Shown in pieces: positions 37,532 to 47,386 of a stretch of 64,000 bases of DNA. Position 1 is the stretch's first letter. Each line of letters begins with the position of its first letter. Both the position numbers and the translations under genes were made by a program. Below the pieces are notes generated by a model, which was given only the letters and a program-made list of their open reading frames with translations, had not been told where the DNA came from and did not search any database. The stretch spans positions 7,914 through 71,913 of the forward strand of contig CAYHDV010000003.1 in NCBI GenBank assembly GCA_964355515.1, given 5' to 3'. Source of the DNA: an uncultured Candidatus Saccharibacteria bacterium. Its GTDB lineage: Bacteria > Patescibacteriota > Minisyncoccia > Phycocordibacterales > CSBR16-119.

Positions 37532-40516
37532 GTGATACAGCTTTTACAAAACAAATTAGTAAAAGGTGCTGTGCTTACACTTGTTTCTTGTGTGATGCTT
37601 TTTGGTAGTTTCACTTTTGGGGTTAAGGATACCAAAGCTCAAGCCTCAATACTCACTCCTTCAGAGGTAGAAGATGTTATAAGAATTGATTGGTTCCCAG
37701 CCACAGATATAACCTCTGGGTCTTTCAAAAAATTTGGGACTATCACTATTACCGATATTGGATCAAGTATAGACGGTCTTCAGTCAAATAGATTTGAGAA
37801 TGATTATCTTATTATAAATAAAGAGGGAACAGATTTTTGGGTTTTCTTTGGTGAACAAGTTAATTATTCAAATGGTGGTTCCATGGTAATCCAAGAATCT
37901 GAACTTGGTTTAACTAACCCTTCAGGATATAACGAAAATACAATGAGATTCGGGGTTTCCTTTGGCGGATTAAACCCTGAGACTGAATATGATGTTTCTC
38001 TATACTATATCCCTAAAAAATTCGTTACCCAACCAGGGCCTGGTGGGGGCACAAGCCAAACACTAATAGATTTAGACGGATCACCGTGGCCTGGACCTGA
38101 TTCTGGAGAAACAATAAAAACTCTACCCCAAGGCCAGGGAAGCACGCCCGAGACGGAGACTTCAGACCTAGAAGGTCTTACCGGTTTCGACCAGGCAATT
38201 AGTACACACATTAAATGTGGGGCTATTGGTGACTCTTCTTTAAGCGACTGTTTTATTGAGGGTCTTTATTGGATTGTTTATCCGGTTTCTGTTTCAATTC
38301 TTGGAATAGCCGGTAAGTTATTTGACCTACTTACAAGTCTTGCAATCTCAAGCAAGGTATACCGAGATTCAACATTTGTTATTAGTGGATGGTCAATTGT
38401 AAGAGACATTTCAAATATTTTCTTTATTTTCATACTTCTTATAGCCGCTTTCAAAACAATGTTTGGGTCTGGAGATGTCCAAAAAACCATCAAAAATGTA
38501 ATAGTCATAGCCCTACTTATAAACTTTAGTCTCTTTATGGTTAGAGTGGTGATTGATGGATCAAATATTCTTGCCCACCTGTTTTACAATAGAATTAGTG
38601 TTACGGGTGCTTCAAATCAAGAATTACCTCCAAGTCTAGAGTTATCAAATGTGGGGGAGCAAAGAAATCTTTTTGAGGGGATCACTGCTGGACTTAATGT
38701 CCAAAATTTCATGGCTGGGCCTGGGGTAGATCAATTCTTAAAGGAATTGGGTTCTAACAAAATGCCCTTAGTGACAATTATCGTATTTTCTTTGATTGTA
38801 AACTTCGTAGCTGCTTGGATTTTCTTTAAAGTTGGATTTATGATGCTTGGAAGAATTATCGGCCTATGGCTCGCCATGATCCTGGCCCCCCTTGCTTTTA
38901 TTATGCAACTAGTTCCTGGGGCCTCACTGTATCTCAAAGATTTTAGTTTTAATAAATGGATGTCCGACATGGTTCAATATGCACTTCTCGCTCCTGTTTT
39001 TCTATTCTTTGTCTATCTAATTATAATTTTCATAAATAGTCATTTCCTGGATGGATTTTTACAGTCAGCAAATTATGATGGTTATGAAAAACTTGTTGTG
39101 TTATCCCTTTCATTTATGATAATTGTTGGAATTCTAAAAATGGCAGAGAAGACAGCTACTGGTATGGCAGGAGAAGCTGGAAACATGATAGCTGGAGCAG
39201 CGACAAAAGCCTTTGGGGCTGTGGCGGGAGTAGCTGGAGGAGTGGCTCTTGGAGGGGCTGCTGTTGCAGGAAGAACAGTTATTGGAGGAGCTGCAACAGC
39301 GGCAATGGAATCAGGCAAGCTTCAAGAATGGTCAAAGAAGGGAGGTATCAGTGGCTGGATGGCAAAACAAGGACTCAAGGGTGCTGATGGAGCTACAAAA
39401 TCAAGCTTTGATGTACGTTCAAGTGGTATTGGAAAAGGTATTCAGAGCAGCTTGAACTCTGCCCTTGGGACAAATATCAACATGAACAATGCTGTTGTGG
39501 GGGGTATTGGCTATGGAACAGACAAGGGCGCTGGAGGACTGCAAGGAATTCAGAAGAGAAAAGAAGAGGAGCAAAAAGCATACGCAAAACTATTGGAACT
39601 CAAAGGAGAGGGTGCTGTTCAGCAGGATGAGAAGAACAAAGCGTGGCAAGATAAATATCAAGCATCTCTTGCAGAGGCACAAAAGAAGGCTAAAAAAGCG
39701 AAAGTTAATCTAAACGAAGAGGACTTCAGAAAGCAATACGAAAAAGGAGAAGACTTTGCTCTACGAGACAATCTTGGAAGGACGTTTAAAGGTGGTTCAT
39801 CATTCAAGGGTGGTGAAGCTTATGTTAAAAATGCAAAAGAAGTGAGTGCTGAAAATAAAAAAGCTTTTGCAGAAAAACTTAATAGAGGAGGTGATTCATT
39901 CTTGGGTGCAGCCATGGAGTCAGGTGCTGTAGCCAAAAGTGCTATGGGGATAGGCGGATTAGTAGGAGGTGGGTCAGCTGTTTCAAATATCTCTGCAATC
40001 GCAGGTACAGCAGGAGTCTCTGGAGCTGCCGCTGTAACAGGGGTGGCTGCGTTGGCTGGTATTCCAAAGTTTGATGAAGTCTTCACCCAAGGCAGGGCAG
40101 ATAGAGCTGTGGCCAGAGAAATACTTGGCGCAGAAAAGAAGAAAGAAAAAGCCGGTGTAAATCTGGCCGATCTCAAGAAACTTCTGACTGACGCTAAAGC
40201 ACGAACAGGAGCAACATCGGGGGAATCAGATAGTGATGCACTCAAGGGTATGGCAGCAACTCTAAAAGCTCAGCAAGAAATCCAGAAAGCCCAGCTAGAC
40301 CTTGCAAAGAAAGAGTACCTTCTAGCTTTCAAGGCTCATCAGGCAAGCCCTACAGATCCTGCGCTTAAAGCAGAAGTTGATAGACATGAAAAGACATTTA
40401 TGGATATTAGCTTGAAACACACAGAGCTTGGAGATAAGATAGGTGAGTACAAGAACTTCTCAAACAATGAAGAAAGATTCACAAAGCTATTAAAAGGAGA
40501 AGACCCTGAAAAATAA
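37532..40516 (+). CDS. VirB6/TrbL-like polytopic membrane protein with N-terminal extracellular domain and long Gly/Ala-rich, K/E-rich C-terminal tail
   Basis: Signal peptide. Six or more TM helices with the TrbL-like pattern (ISNIFFIFILLIAAFKTMFGSGD). G/A-rich low-complexity region and coiled-coil tail. Confidence 0.6.
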   Translation: MIQLLQNKLVKGAVLTLVSCVMLFGSFTFGVKDTKAQASILTPSEVEDVIRIDWFPATDITSGSFKKFGTITITDIGSSIDGLQSNRFENDYLIINKEGTDFWVFFGEQVNYSNGGSMVIQESELGLTNPSGYNENTMRFGVSFGGLNPETEYDVSLYYIPKKFVTQPGPGGGTSQTLIDLDGSPWPGPDSGETIKTLPQGQGSTPETETSDLEGLTGFDQAISTHIKCGAIGDSSLSDCFIEGLYWIVYPVSVSILGIAGKLFDLLTSLAISSKVYRDSTFVISGWSIVRDISNIFFIFILLIAAFKTMFGSGDVQKTIKNVIVIALLINFSLFMVRVVIDGSNILAHLFYNRISVTGASNQELPPSLELSNVGEQRNLFEGITAGLNVQNFMAGPGVDQFLKELGSNKMPLVTIIVFSLIVNFVAAWIFFKVGFMMLGRIIGLWLAMILAPLAFIMQLVPGASLYLKDFSFNKWMSDMVQYALLAPVFLFFVYLIIIFINSHFLDGFLQSANYDGYEKLVVLSLSFMIIVGILKMAEKTATGMAGEAGNMIAGAATKAFGAVAGVAGGVALGGAAVAGRTVIGGAATAAMESGKLQEWSKKGGISGWMAKQGLKGADGATKSSFDVRSSGIGKGIQSSLNSALGTNINMNNAVVGGIGYGTDKGAGGLQGIQKRKEEEQKAYAKLLELKGEGAVQQDEKNKAWQDKYQASLAEAQKKAKKAKVNLNEEDFRKQYEKGEDFALRDNLGRTFKGGSSFKGGEAYVKNAKEVSAENKKAFAEKLNRGGDSFLGAAMESGAVAKSAMGIGGLVGGGSAVSNISAIAGTAGVSGAAAVTGVAALAGIPKFDEVFTQGRADRAVAREILGAEKKKEKAGVNLADLKKLLTDAKARTGATSGESDSDALKGMAATLKAQQEIQKAQLDLAKKEYLLAFKAHQASPTDPALKAEVDRHEKTFMDISLKHTELGDKIGEYKNFSNNEERFTKLLKGEDPEK

Positions 40517-40530
40517 ATAATTCAACAAAT

Positions 40531-41001
40531 ATGGAACTAACACCAGAATTAATTGAAGAAAAGTACAAAGAGCTACCAAAGGACCTCCGGGAGGCTCTTT
40601 CGGGGAAGCATGTGGAAGAATCTGTTTTTACTATTGGAAAAAGAAAAGGTCTCCACATAGACAAGATAACCACTCTTCTAAATCAAGTGAGATATTTTAT
40701 CCTCGGGTTTACTTCACCTCAAGATTTCAAGGCAAACATCGTAAAAGAACTTGATATACCCGGAGATCAAGCAGGGGAGATTGTGGAGGATCTAAACCAA
40801 GAGATCTTTATGCCAGTGCGTGAGTCACTCCAGGCCATCCACCTCCGAGATAATCCAACTGCTCAAGATTCAACACCAAACCAAGCCAAGAACTTCATAA
40901 ATCAAAGACTAAACCAAACAAGCGGAACCGAACAAAAAACTACAGACTATTCTATCAGGAGGGAGGAGAGGCACGATCCTTATCGGGAACCTATAGAGTA
41001 A
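40531..41001 (+). CDS. Hypothetical protein (156 aa)
   Basis: ORF in the cluster. Terminator-like hairpin at 41057-41087. Confidence 0.45.
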   Translation: MELTPELIEEKYKELPKDLREALSGKHVEESVFTIGKRKGLHIDKITTLLNQVRYFILGFTSPQDFKANIVKELDIPGDQAGEIVEDLNQEIFMPVRESLQAIHLRDNPTAQDSTPNQAKNFINQRLNQTSGTEQKTTDYSIRREERHDPYREPIE

Positions 41002-41141
41002 GTTATCTTGAGATCTTGTATTATCTCTTCATAAAGAATGTGAAATTTTAAGCACAAAAATCAGCCAGAACACTCGGCTGATTTTTGCGCTTATCCCAGA
41101 AGAAAGCTTTGTATAAAACTTTTTCGCGTTATAATAAACCC

Positions 41142-41543
41142 ATGAGATTTAAAGTTCCGCAATTTATAGATATTGAAGACAAAATCTTTGGTCCGCTTAC
41201 ATTTAAGCAGTTCATGTATATGGGAGGAGGGCTGGGTCTCACTTATGTTACATACAGATTTCTTCCACTCTATGGAGCGCTCCCTATCATGGCAGCCATC
41301 CTTGCTCTTTCTTTTTCTCTGACATTTGTCGAGATAAACAAAAAGCCATTCATCTATATTCTAGAGGCCTACATCAGATATATCATTGGCTCAAAAATGT
41401 ATCTTTGGAAAAAGGTTTCCAAGAGAGAGGCGACAGGAGCAGTAAGTAAAAGTGTTCAAAAAGAAAAAGTGGAAACACCAAAACTGACAGAGGGTAGGCT
41501 GAAGTCTCTTTCTCTGGGGCTTAATATTATTGAAGAAAACTAA
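41142..41543 (+). CDS. PrgI/VirB3-like small membrane protein
   Basis: MRFKVPQFIDIEDKIFGPLTFKQFMYMGGG, then two TM helices. Immediately upstream of VirB4, as in Gram-positive T4SS. Start set at the ATG at 41142; the tracked ORF starts at an upstream TTG. Confidence 0.55.
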   Translation: MRFKVPQFIDIEDKIFGPLTFKQFMYMGGGLGLTYVTYRFLPLYGALPIMAAILALSFSLTFVEINKKPFIYILEAYIRYIIGSKMYLWKKVSKREATGAVSKSVQKEKVETPKLTEGRLKSLSLGLNIIEEN

Positions 41544-41545
41544 TC

Positions 41546-42172
41546 ATGGCGACAAAACCTACACAAGAATTTATACCGATCCAAGAAATCCGAAATGGAA
41601 TTCTTGTCTTGCGCGATGGTTCACTCCGAGCAATCCTTATGACCTCTGCAGTAAACTTGGCTCTAAAGTCTTCTGACGAACAACAGGGGACAGTGTATCT
41701 TTTCCAAAGTTTTCTAAACTCTCTTGATTTCCCAATTGAAATTGTGGCTCAATCAAGAAAGCTTGATATCAAGCCCTATCTAGAAGCGCTCAATGTGCGA
41801 GAAACTGTAATAGAAGAGCCTCTTTTGAAACTCCAAATCAGAGAGTATGTAAGCTTCGTCAAAAACTTCACCGATCAGATAAACGTTATGAAGAAGCATT
41901 TTTTTGTTGTTATTCCATTTACACCAAATACTGTTTCATCAAATTCAAGTCTTATTTCTGGGTTATTTGGTGGAAAGAAAGCTAAAACAATTTCAGCAGA
42001 AGACTTCGGTGAATACATGTCTCAACTGGAACAAAGAATTTCTCTTGTTCAGTCTGGACTTTCTCGTGTGGGAGTGAAGAGTTCTCTTTTAAACAACGAG
42101 GAGTCTATCGAGCTTTTTTATACAATATTTAATATGGGAGATGGAAGTAGTTCTCTATCAATGGATAATTAA
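41546..42172 (+). CDS. VirB4/TrbE-family N-terminal domain (split gene, part 1)
   Basis: EFIPIQEIRNGILVLRDGSLRAILMTSAVNLALKSSDEQQ...FLNSLDFPIEIVAQSRKLDIKPYLE matches the conserved VirB4 N-terminus. Confidence 0.6.
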   Translation: MATKPTQEFIPIQEIRNGILVLRDGSLRAILMTSAVNLALKSSDEQQGTVYLFQSFLNSLDFPIEIVAQSRKLDIKPYLEALNVRETVIEEPLLKLQIREYVSFVKNFTDQINVMKKHFFVVIPFTPNTVSSNSSLISGLFGGKKAKTISAEDFGEYMSQLEQRISLVQSGLSRVGVKSSLLNNEESIELFYTIFNMGDGSSSLSMDN

Positions 42173-42177
42173 TACCT

Positions 42178-44238
42178 ATGAGCCTTTTCGACAAACTAAC
42201 AAAAAAAGATATCAAACCAACAGGTCCACAAGCGCTCCCTGTTCTTCCTGAGGAAATATACAAGACTGCAAACCTAGAGTTGCAAGATATCCTAGCTCCC
42301 GGAGCTTTGAAAATCCAACCCAAGACCCTCAACCTCGGAGAGGAGCTTGCTCGAACATATTTTGTGGTTTCCTATCCAAGATACCTGACAGACAATTGGT
42401 TTACACCTATCATCAACCTAGACAAGATTTTCGATGTTTCTATTCATATTCATCCAGTAGATACATCCACAATCCTTAAAAAGTTTGAAAAAAAGGTAGC
42501 CGAAGTACAAAGTCAAATCGAGGCTCGTTCAGAAAAAGGTGTCGTGCGAGACCCAATTCTCGACACCGCATATCATGACTTGGAAGACCTGCGGGACAAT
42601 CTCCAGCAGGCACAGGAGAAAATATTTGAAGTAGGGCTATACATCACAATATACGCAAAGACAGAAAAAGAGCTTTCTGAAATAGAAACAAAGATTAAGT
42701 CTATATTGGAATCAAAGTTGGTTTACCTCAAGCCAGCACTCTTCCAACAAAAAGAAGGTTTCTTGAGTACCATGCCAATTGGCGATGACCAGCTAGCTGT
42801 CCACCAAAAGATGAATTCTGCACCACTGTCCTCTCTATTTCCTTTTGTTTCTTTTGACCTTACAGATGAGAAGGGGATCCTCTATGGGATAAACAGACAA
42901 AACTCAAGTTTGGTTATTTTTGATAGATTCTCTATGCCAAACTACAACTCAATCACCTTTGCCACCTCAGGAGCCGGGAAATCTTTTGCAACAAAACTTG
43001 AGGTATTGCGTTCCATGATGTTTGATACAAACGTAATTGTTATCGACCCAGAGCGAGAGTATGAGTCTCTTGCAGAAGCAGTTGGTGGACGATTCTTCAA
43101 CATCTCTCTTTCTTCAGAGCACCATATCAATCCATTTGATCTACCAAAACCAAGTGAAGATGAAACACCAGCGGATGTTCTTCGGGGGACAACCATTAGT
43201 CTCGTGGGACTATTTCGAATCATGCTTCAGGGTCTAACTCCAGAAGAAGATGCTATCGTGGACCAGGCTATCACCCAAACATACGCCCTAAAGGATATCA
43301 CCGCCGAGGGAAGCTTTGAGGGGAAAGAACCTCCACTTCTTTCTGATTTTGAAATGGTCTTGCAAGGGATGGATGGTACAGATTCTGTTCTACAAAAACT
43401 TTCCAAATTTACAAGTGGGTCTTGGTCTACATTTATGAATAAGCCCACAAACGTGGATATTGATAAGAAATTCATTGTATTTTCTGTACGAGACATGGAA
43501 GACGACCTCAAGCCTGTTGCCATGTATCTTGTAACCCAATTCATCTGGACAGCTATTCGAAAAAATATCCAAAAAAGAATTCTAGTGGTGGATGAGGCTT
43601 GGTGGATGATGAAATCAGAAGATACCGCAAGCTTCCTATATAGCATGGCAAAGCGAGGAAGAAAGTATTACCTAGGGCTTGCCACAATCACCCAAGACGT
43701 GGGGGACTTCATGCGGTCAAAATATGGAGTGCCTATTGTTACAAACTCTTCTATTCAGCTTCTTTTGAAGCAATCACCAAGCACTATTGATGTTCTCCAA
43801 AAAACATTCAACCTGACCGATGAAGAAAAATACCTTCTTCTTGAGGCAAACGTGGGTGAAGGGATATTCTTTGCCGGCCTAAAACACGTTGCAATTAAAA
43901 TCATTGCTTCATATACCGAAGAGCAGATTATCACCTCAGATCCTGCCCAGATTCTGGCAATCCAAAGAGCAAAAATAGAAAAGAGAGAAGTTGCTGCTGT
44001 GGTAGAAGAACAAAACAAAGAAAAAATACAAACTGTCATGAAAGAACAAGCTCAAATCCAAAAAGATAAAGAGCTTGAAGAAAATTTGCGTATCAAAGAA
44101 GAAGTAACTGAGGCCAAAAAAGAAGAGGTTTCTCTCCCCGATAGCACAGCTCCAAAAGAAACTAATTCTCTCCAAAGTTTCTCTGACAATCTAGATAGTG
44201 AAATATCAACACTTGAGAACGAACTTGGGGGATTCTAG
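42178..44238 (+). CDS. VirB4/TrbE/CagE-family T4SS ATPase (part 2, ATPase domain)
   Basis: YPRYL motif, Walker A SGAGKSF, DPEREY, Walker B ILVVDEAWWM. 686 aa. Different frame from part 1, with a 5-bp gap. Confidence 0.85.
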   Translation: MSLFDKLTKKDIKPTGPQALPVLPEEIYKTANLELQDILAPGALKIQPKTLNLGEELARTYFVVSYPRYLTDNWFTPIINLDKIFDVSIHIHPVDTSTILKKFEKKVAEVQSQIEARSEKGVVRDPILDTAYHDLEDLRDNLQQAQEKIFEVGLYITIYAKTEKELSEIETKIKSILESKLVYLKPALFQQKEGFLSTMPIGDDQLAVHQKMNSAPLSSLFPFVSFDLTDEKGILYGINRQNSSLVIFDRFSMPNYNSITFATSGAGKSFATKLEVLRSMMFDTNVIVIDPEREYESLAEAVGGRFFNISLSSEHHINPFDLPKPSEDETPADVLRGTTISLVGLFRIMLQGLTPEEDAIVDQAITQTYALKDITAEGSFEGKEPPLLSDFEMVLQGMDGTDSVLQKLSKFTSGSWSTFMNKPTNVDIDKKFIVFSVRDMEDDLKPVAMYLVTQFIWTAIRKNIQKRILVVDEAWWMMKSEDTASFLYSMAKRGRKYYLGLATITQDVGDFMRSKYGVPIVTNSSIQLLLKQSPSTIDVLQKTFNLTDEEKYLLLEANVGEGIFFAGLKHVAIKIIASYTEEQIITSDPAQILAIQRAKIEKREVAAVVEEQNKEKIQTVMKEQAQIQKDKELEENLRIKEEVTEAKKEEVSLPDSTAPKETNSLQSFSDNLDSEISTLENELGGF

Positions 44239-44275
44239 TGTTTTGTCTCTTGTGAATCCATAGTATGATATACAC

Positions 44276-44662
44276 ATGGATACAGATGATCAAAAAATAT
44301 CTGAAGAATTAGAAAGCTTGGAAAAGGCATTCGAGGAAGAGACTGCTTCCTCTCCCATTGCTGAAATAAAAGTGAATACACCCCAAGCTCAAACAGTTGG
44401 AGGTTTTTCACACACAATAACCTCCCTAAAAGAAACCGATTCCAAAATAGCTGGGAAAATAGAAACCTTAAAGAATCTAGCAAAAAGTGAGTTGGATAAA
44501 CTAAAAGAATTAAAAAATAGTATCGCAAAAAAAATAGCAGATATAAAAGAGCTTGCTGAAACAAGAGAAAAAATCAAAAAAGAGATCGAGAAAATATCGG
44601 GATTAGAATCTGAAGTAAATTCAATAACAGAAGAAGCAACTCATGAACTTGGCAATCTATAA
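44276..44662 (+). CDS. Coiled-coil hypothetical protein (128 aa)
   Basis: E/K-rich heptad-like sequence. Confidence 0.45.
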   Translation: MDTDDQKISEELESLEKAFEEETASSPIAEIKVNTPQAQTVGGFSHTITSLKETDSKIAGKIETLKNLAKSELDKLKELKNSIAKKIADIKELAETREKIKKEIEKISGLESEVNSITEEATHELGNL

Positions 44663-45650
44663 AAAAATATACATTGTTTTTTCTTTCATCTTTGTTTTTG
44701 GTGTGGCTTGTTTTCTTTTCATCTCTACCGCCATGGCTCAGACAGAAAGCTTTTCTTTTGAGGTCTACCCCAAGAATCCAGCACCTCAGGAAGTGGTAAA
44801 AGCTTCTTTGTCGAGTTTTTCTGTTGACTTAGACAAAGCTCACATCACATGGACAGTGGATGGTAATACTATTCTATCCGGAATGGGTGAGAAATCGGCT
44901 AGCATAAAAACCAAAAACCTGGGCGAGGTAACTGTTGTAAAGGCTGTTGCGGTGTTCGCTCAAGGCCAGAGAATAGAACAAACCTTAATCATCCAACCTG
45001 CGTATCTGGATATTCTCTGGGAATCAACAGACTCTTATACTCCTCCTTTTTACAAAGGAAAAGCTCTTCCTTCGCAGGAGAGCACCCTTAAGGTTGTCGC
45101 TATTCCAGAAATCAAAAACTACGCAGGTCAAAAATACAAGCCAGAACACCTCATCTACACATGGAAAAAGGGTATAGAAACTCAAACAAATAACTCCGGC
45201 TTTAATAAGCAATATTTCTCTTTTAAACATAGCGTCTTTGACAAAGAGCAAAGAGTCAACATAGAAGTGGCAAGCCAAGATGGGTATAGTGGTGGAGAGG
45301 GATCAGCATTGATTACTTTTTCTAATCCTCGTGTGGCTGTATATCAAGAAACCTCTCAAAAAGGTATAAACTTTGCCAGCGAGCTTTCTCAAAATTCATT
45401 ATCAAGCAGGGGTAAGACAAGTCTTGTAGCTATCCCATACTTTTTTTCAACAAACTCTCATGGGGAGAGCGGTCTTTCCTATCAGTGGACAGTAAATGGA
45501 AATACAGCCACCCCACAAAATACAAAGAATAAAATTACCTTAGAGAAAACGGGGGAGGATGCTGGTCTTGCAGAAGTAGAGGTATCCATTAAAAGTGTTT
45601 CTAAACTTTTTCAAGATGGGCTTAAAAAATTTAATATAGAATTGCAATAA
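44643..45650 (+). CDS. Secreted/membrane-anchored hypothetical protein (335 aa)
   Basis: N-terminal TM or signal segment. Confidence 0.5.
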   Translation: MNLAIYKKIYIVFSFIFVFGVACFLFISTAMAQTESFSFEVYPKNPAPQEVVKASLSSFSVDLDKAHITWTVDGNTILSGMGEKSASIKTKNLGEVTVVKAVAVFAQGQRIEQTLIIQPAYLDILWESTDSYTPPFYKGKALPSQESTLKVVAIPEIKNYAGQKYKPEHLIYTWKKGIETQTNNSGFNKQYFSFKHSVFDKEQRVNIEVASQDGYSGGEGSALITFSNPRVAVYQETSQKGINFASELSQNSLSSRGKTSLVAIPYFFSTNSHGESGLSYQWTVNGNTATPQNTKNKITLEKTGEDAGLAEVEVSIKSVSKLFQDGLKKFNIELQ

Positions 45651-45651
45651 T

Positions 45652-47370
45652 ATGAAAAAGATTTTCTCATACCTAATAATAACCCTGGTGATGTTTTTCC
45701 AAGTTTCTATTGCTGTCTTCGCCCAGCCTGTACCTACCAGCTCTGAACCTTCTCTTACTATCGAGGCTGGATTATCTTTTGAGCAAACATCTGTTGGACC
45801 ATCAGCAAATCCAACTTTAAATATCCAAGTTTTTGGAGATAACATGGAGCAGGTTTATCAATCTTATGTTTTAGAAGTTTTTAAAAACAATGAAACTGAG
45901 CCACATGCCACAGGAATAAATCTATATACAATAGTTGATGGATCTTTTGAGGGGGAGGTAATACCTTTGGCGACGCAAGCAGATGCAGCTCAATATACTA
46001 TTACGGCAAAAACAGGAACAACTGGCGAGGATCTGCTAATAGAAACTATAATCTTTCAAATGGTTAGAGAGTCGTCTCCAGCACTCTCTATCCCTTCAGT
46101 CACCATCACCCCAGAAACAGGATTAACTACCGGGGTGTCTTACACAGTGAAGGGCTCTGGCCTATTTGGAAATGCCACCTACACCATCCCCGTACAAATA
46201 CGAGCAGGAAGTGAACTTGGAGAGGTTGTCTATTCCGATACATATGAGGTGACCACTGGTTCTGGGGGAGCGTTCAATCTCACACCCAGCTCTTGGAACC
46301 CAGCAACTTTTAATGCTAACCAGGGGGCTGAGGGAGGATCGCTTGAAGGAATACAAGGTGCGGGAACAAACGAGGTGGCGACAGATACTTTTGTGGTACA
46401 AGCATTTCTCCACACAACAGCAAATGCTGTAAAAACAAGTAAGTCTTTTCAAACAAATGGTGTTACAAACGCTATCAATGTTGAAAATGGCGTGGTGACA
46501 AATACAGATGACTGTATCGATGGGCAGGGGACATACTGTCTTCTAGAGCCTATTGGAACGGGGAACAATCTATTAGACCGAGTAAATATCAATACGTCTT
46601 TTGGAAGCTATTTAAATGGACTTTTCCAAATCGGGCTTGCTCTTATTGGGATTCTGGGAGTTCTCCTTATTGTTGTAGGAGGTATAACCTACATGACAAC
46701 AGATGCTATTGGTAAAATGACAGAGGGAAAAGCTCAAATTAAAAAAGCCCTTCTGGGTATTTTCCTTGCTCTTATTTCATGGCTACTTTTGCAAACCATA
46801 GACCCAGGGTTGTTGAAATTTGAAATTGGAGTATATGATGCGCCAACACCTGGGTACCTGGGGGAGGCGACACCAACCGGAACAAATGTTTGCGGGTCAA
46901 GAACACTAAACGGGCAAACAGTCACACAAGGAATGCCTTGGCCTAGTGATCAAACACAGCGGAGCTTACTTGGGAATGCAAATATAAGTATTGCTTCAAC
47001 AGGTGGAAACAATGCTTGCACAACAGCTGGTCAGACAAGTTGCACATCAGTCTATTTCTCAGGGGCAGCATCAAACGTACCCCAAAAAGTGATAGAAATT
47101 AAAACTCAGTGCGAAGAAGAAACTGGAAAAACCTGCCCAGTTGTAATAACAGGGGGAAGCGAATGTTGGGCACACCAAAGCCATGGGCCATCTCTAAAAA
47201 GAGTAGATCTCCGCAATAATACAACTACCGCTGATTTCAATGCTTGGGTGTATAGCAAATTAAATGGAGCAAGCTCGGGCATCATCCCAGGTCTAGGTAA
47301 ATTTACAAACGAAGCCGATGGGGCAACATCAAATACAACCGCCTCTCACTGGCATGTTGAGTTAGATTAG
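45652..47370 (+). CDS. Secreted protein (572 aa) with an internal pilin-like (VirB2/TrbC-like) double-TM hairpin
   Basis: Signal peptide. The segment GLALIGILGVLLIVVGGITYMTTDAIGKMTEGKAQIKKALLGIFLALISWLLLQTI reads as TM, short charged loop, TM. Confidence 0.5.
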   Translation: MKKIFSYLIITLVMFFQVSIAVFAQPVPTSSEPSLTIEAGLSFEQTSVGPSANPTLNIQVFGDNMEQVYQSYVLEVFKNNETEPHATGINLYTIVDGSFEGEVIPLATQADAAQYTITAKTGTTGEDLLIETIIFQMVRESSPALSIPSVTITPETGLTTGVSYTVKGSGLFGNATYTIPVQIRAGSELGEVVYSDTYEVTTGSGGAFNLTPSSWNPATFNANQGAEGGSLEGIQGAGTNEVATDTFVVQAFLHTTANAVKTSKSFQTNGVTNAINVENGVVTNTDDCIDGQGTYCLLEPIGTGNNLLDRVNINTSFGSYLNGLFQIGLALIGILGVLLIVVGGITYMTTDAIGKMTEGKAQIKKALLGIFLALISWLLLQTIDPGLLKFEIGVYDAPTPGYLGEATPTGTNVCGSRTLNGQTVTQGMPWPSDQTQRSLLGNANISIASTGGNNACTTAGQTSCTSVYFSGAASNVPQKVIEIKTQCEEETGKTCPVVITGGSECWAHQSHGPSLKRVDLRNNTTTADFNAWVYSKLNGASSGIIPGLGKFTNEADGATSNTTASHWHVELD

Positions 47371-47386
47371 ATGATATAATATTGTC

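Noticed and set aside
39082-40245. Minus-strand ORFs 39082..39318 and 39820..40245 (Ala/Pro-rich)
   Set aside because: Antisense to the Gly/Ala-rich tail of the VirB6-like gene. Low-complexity mirror ORFs.
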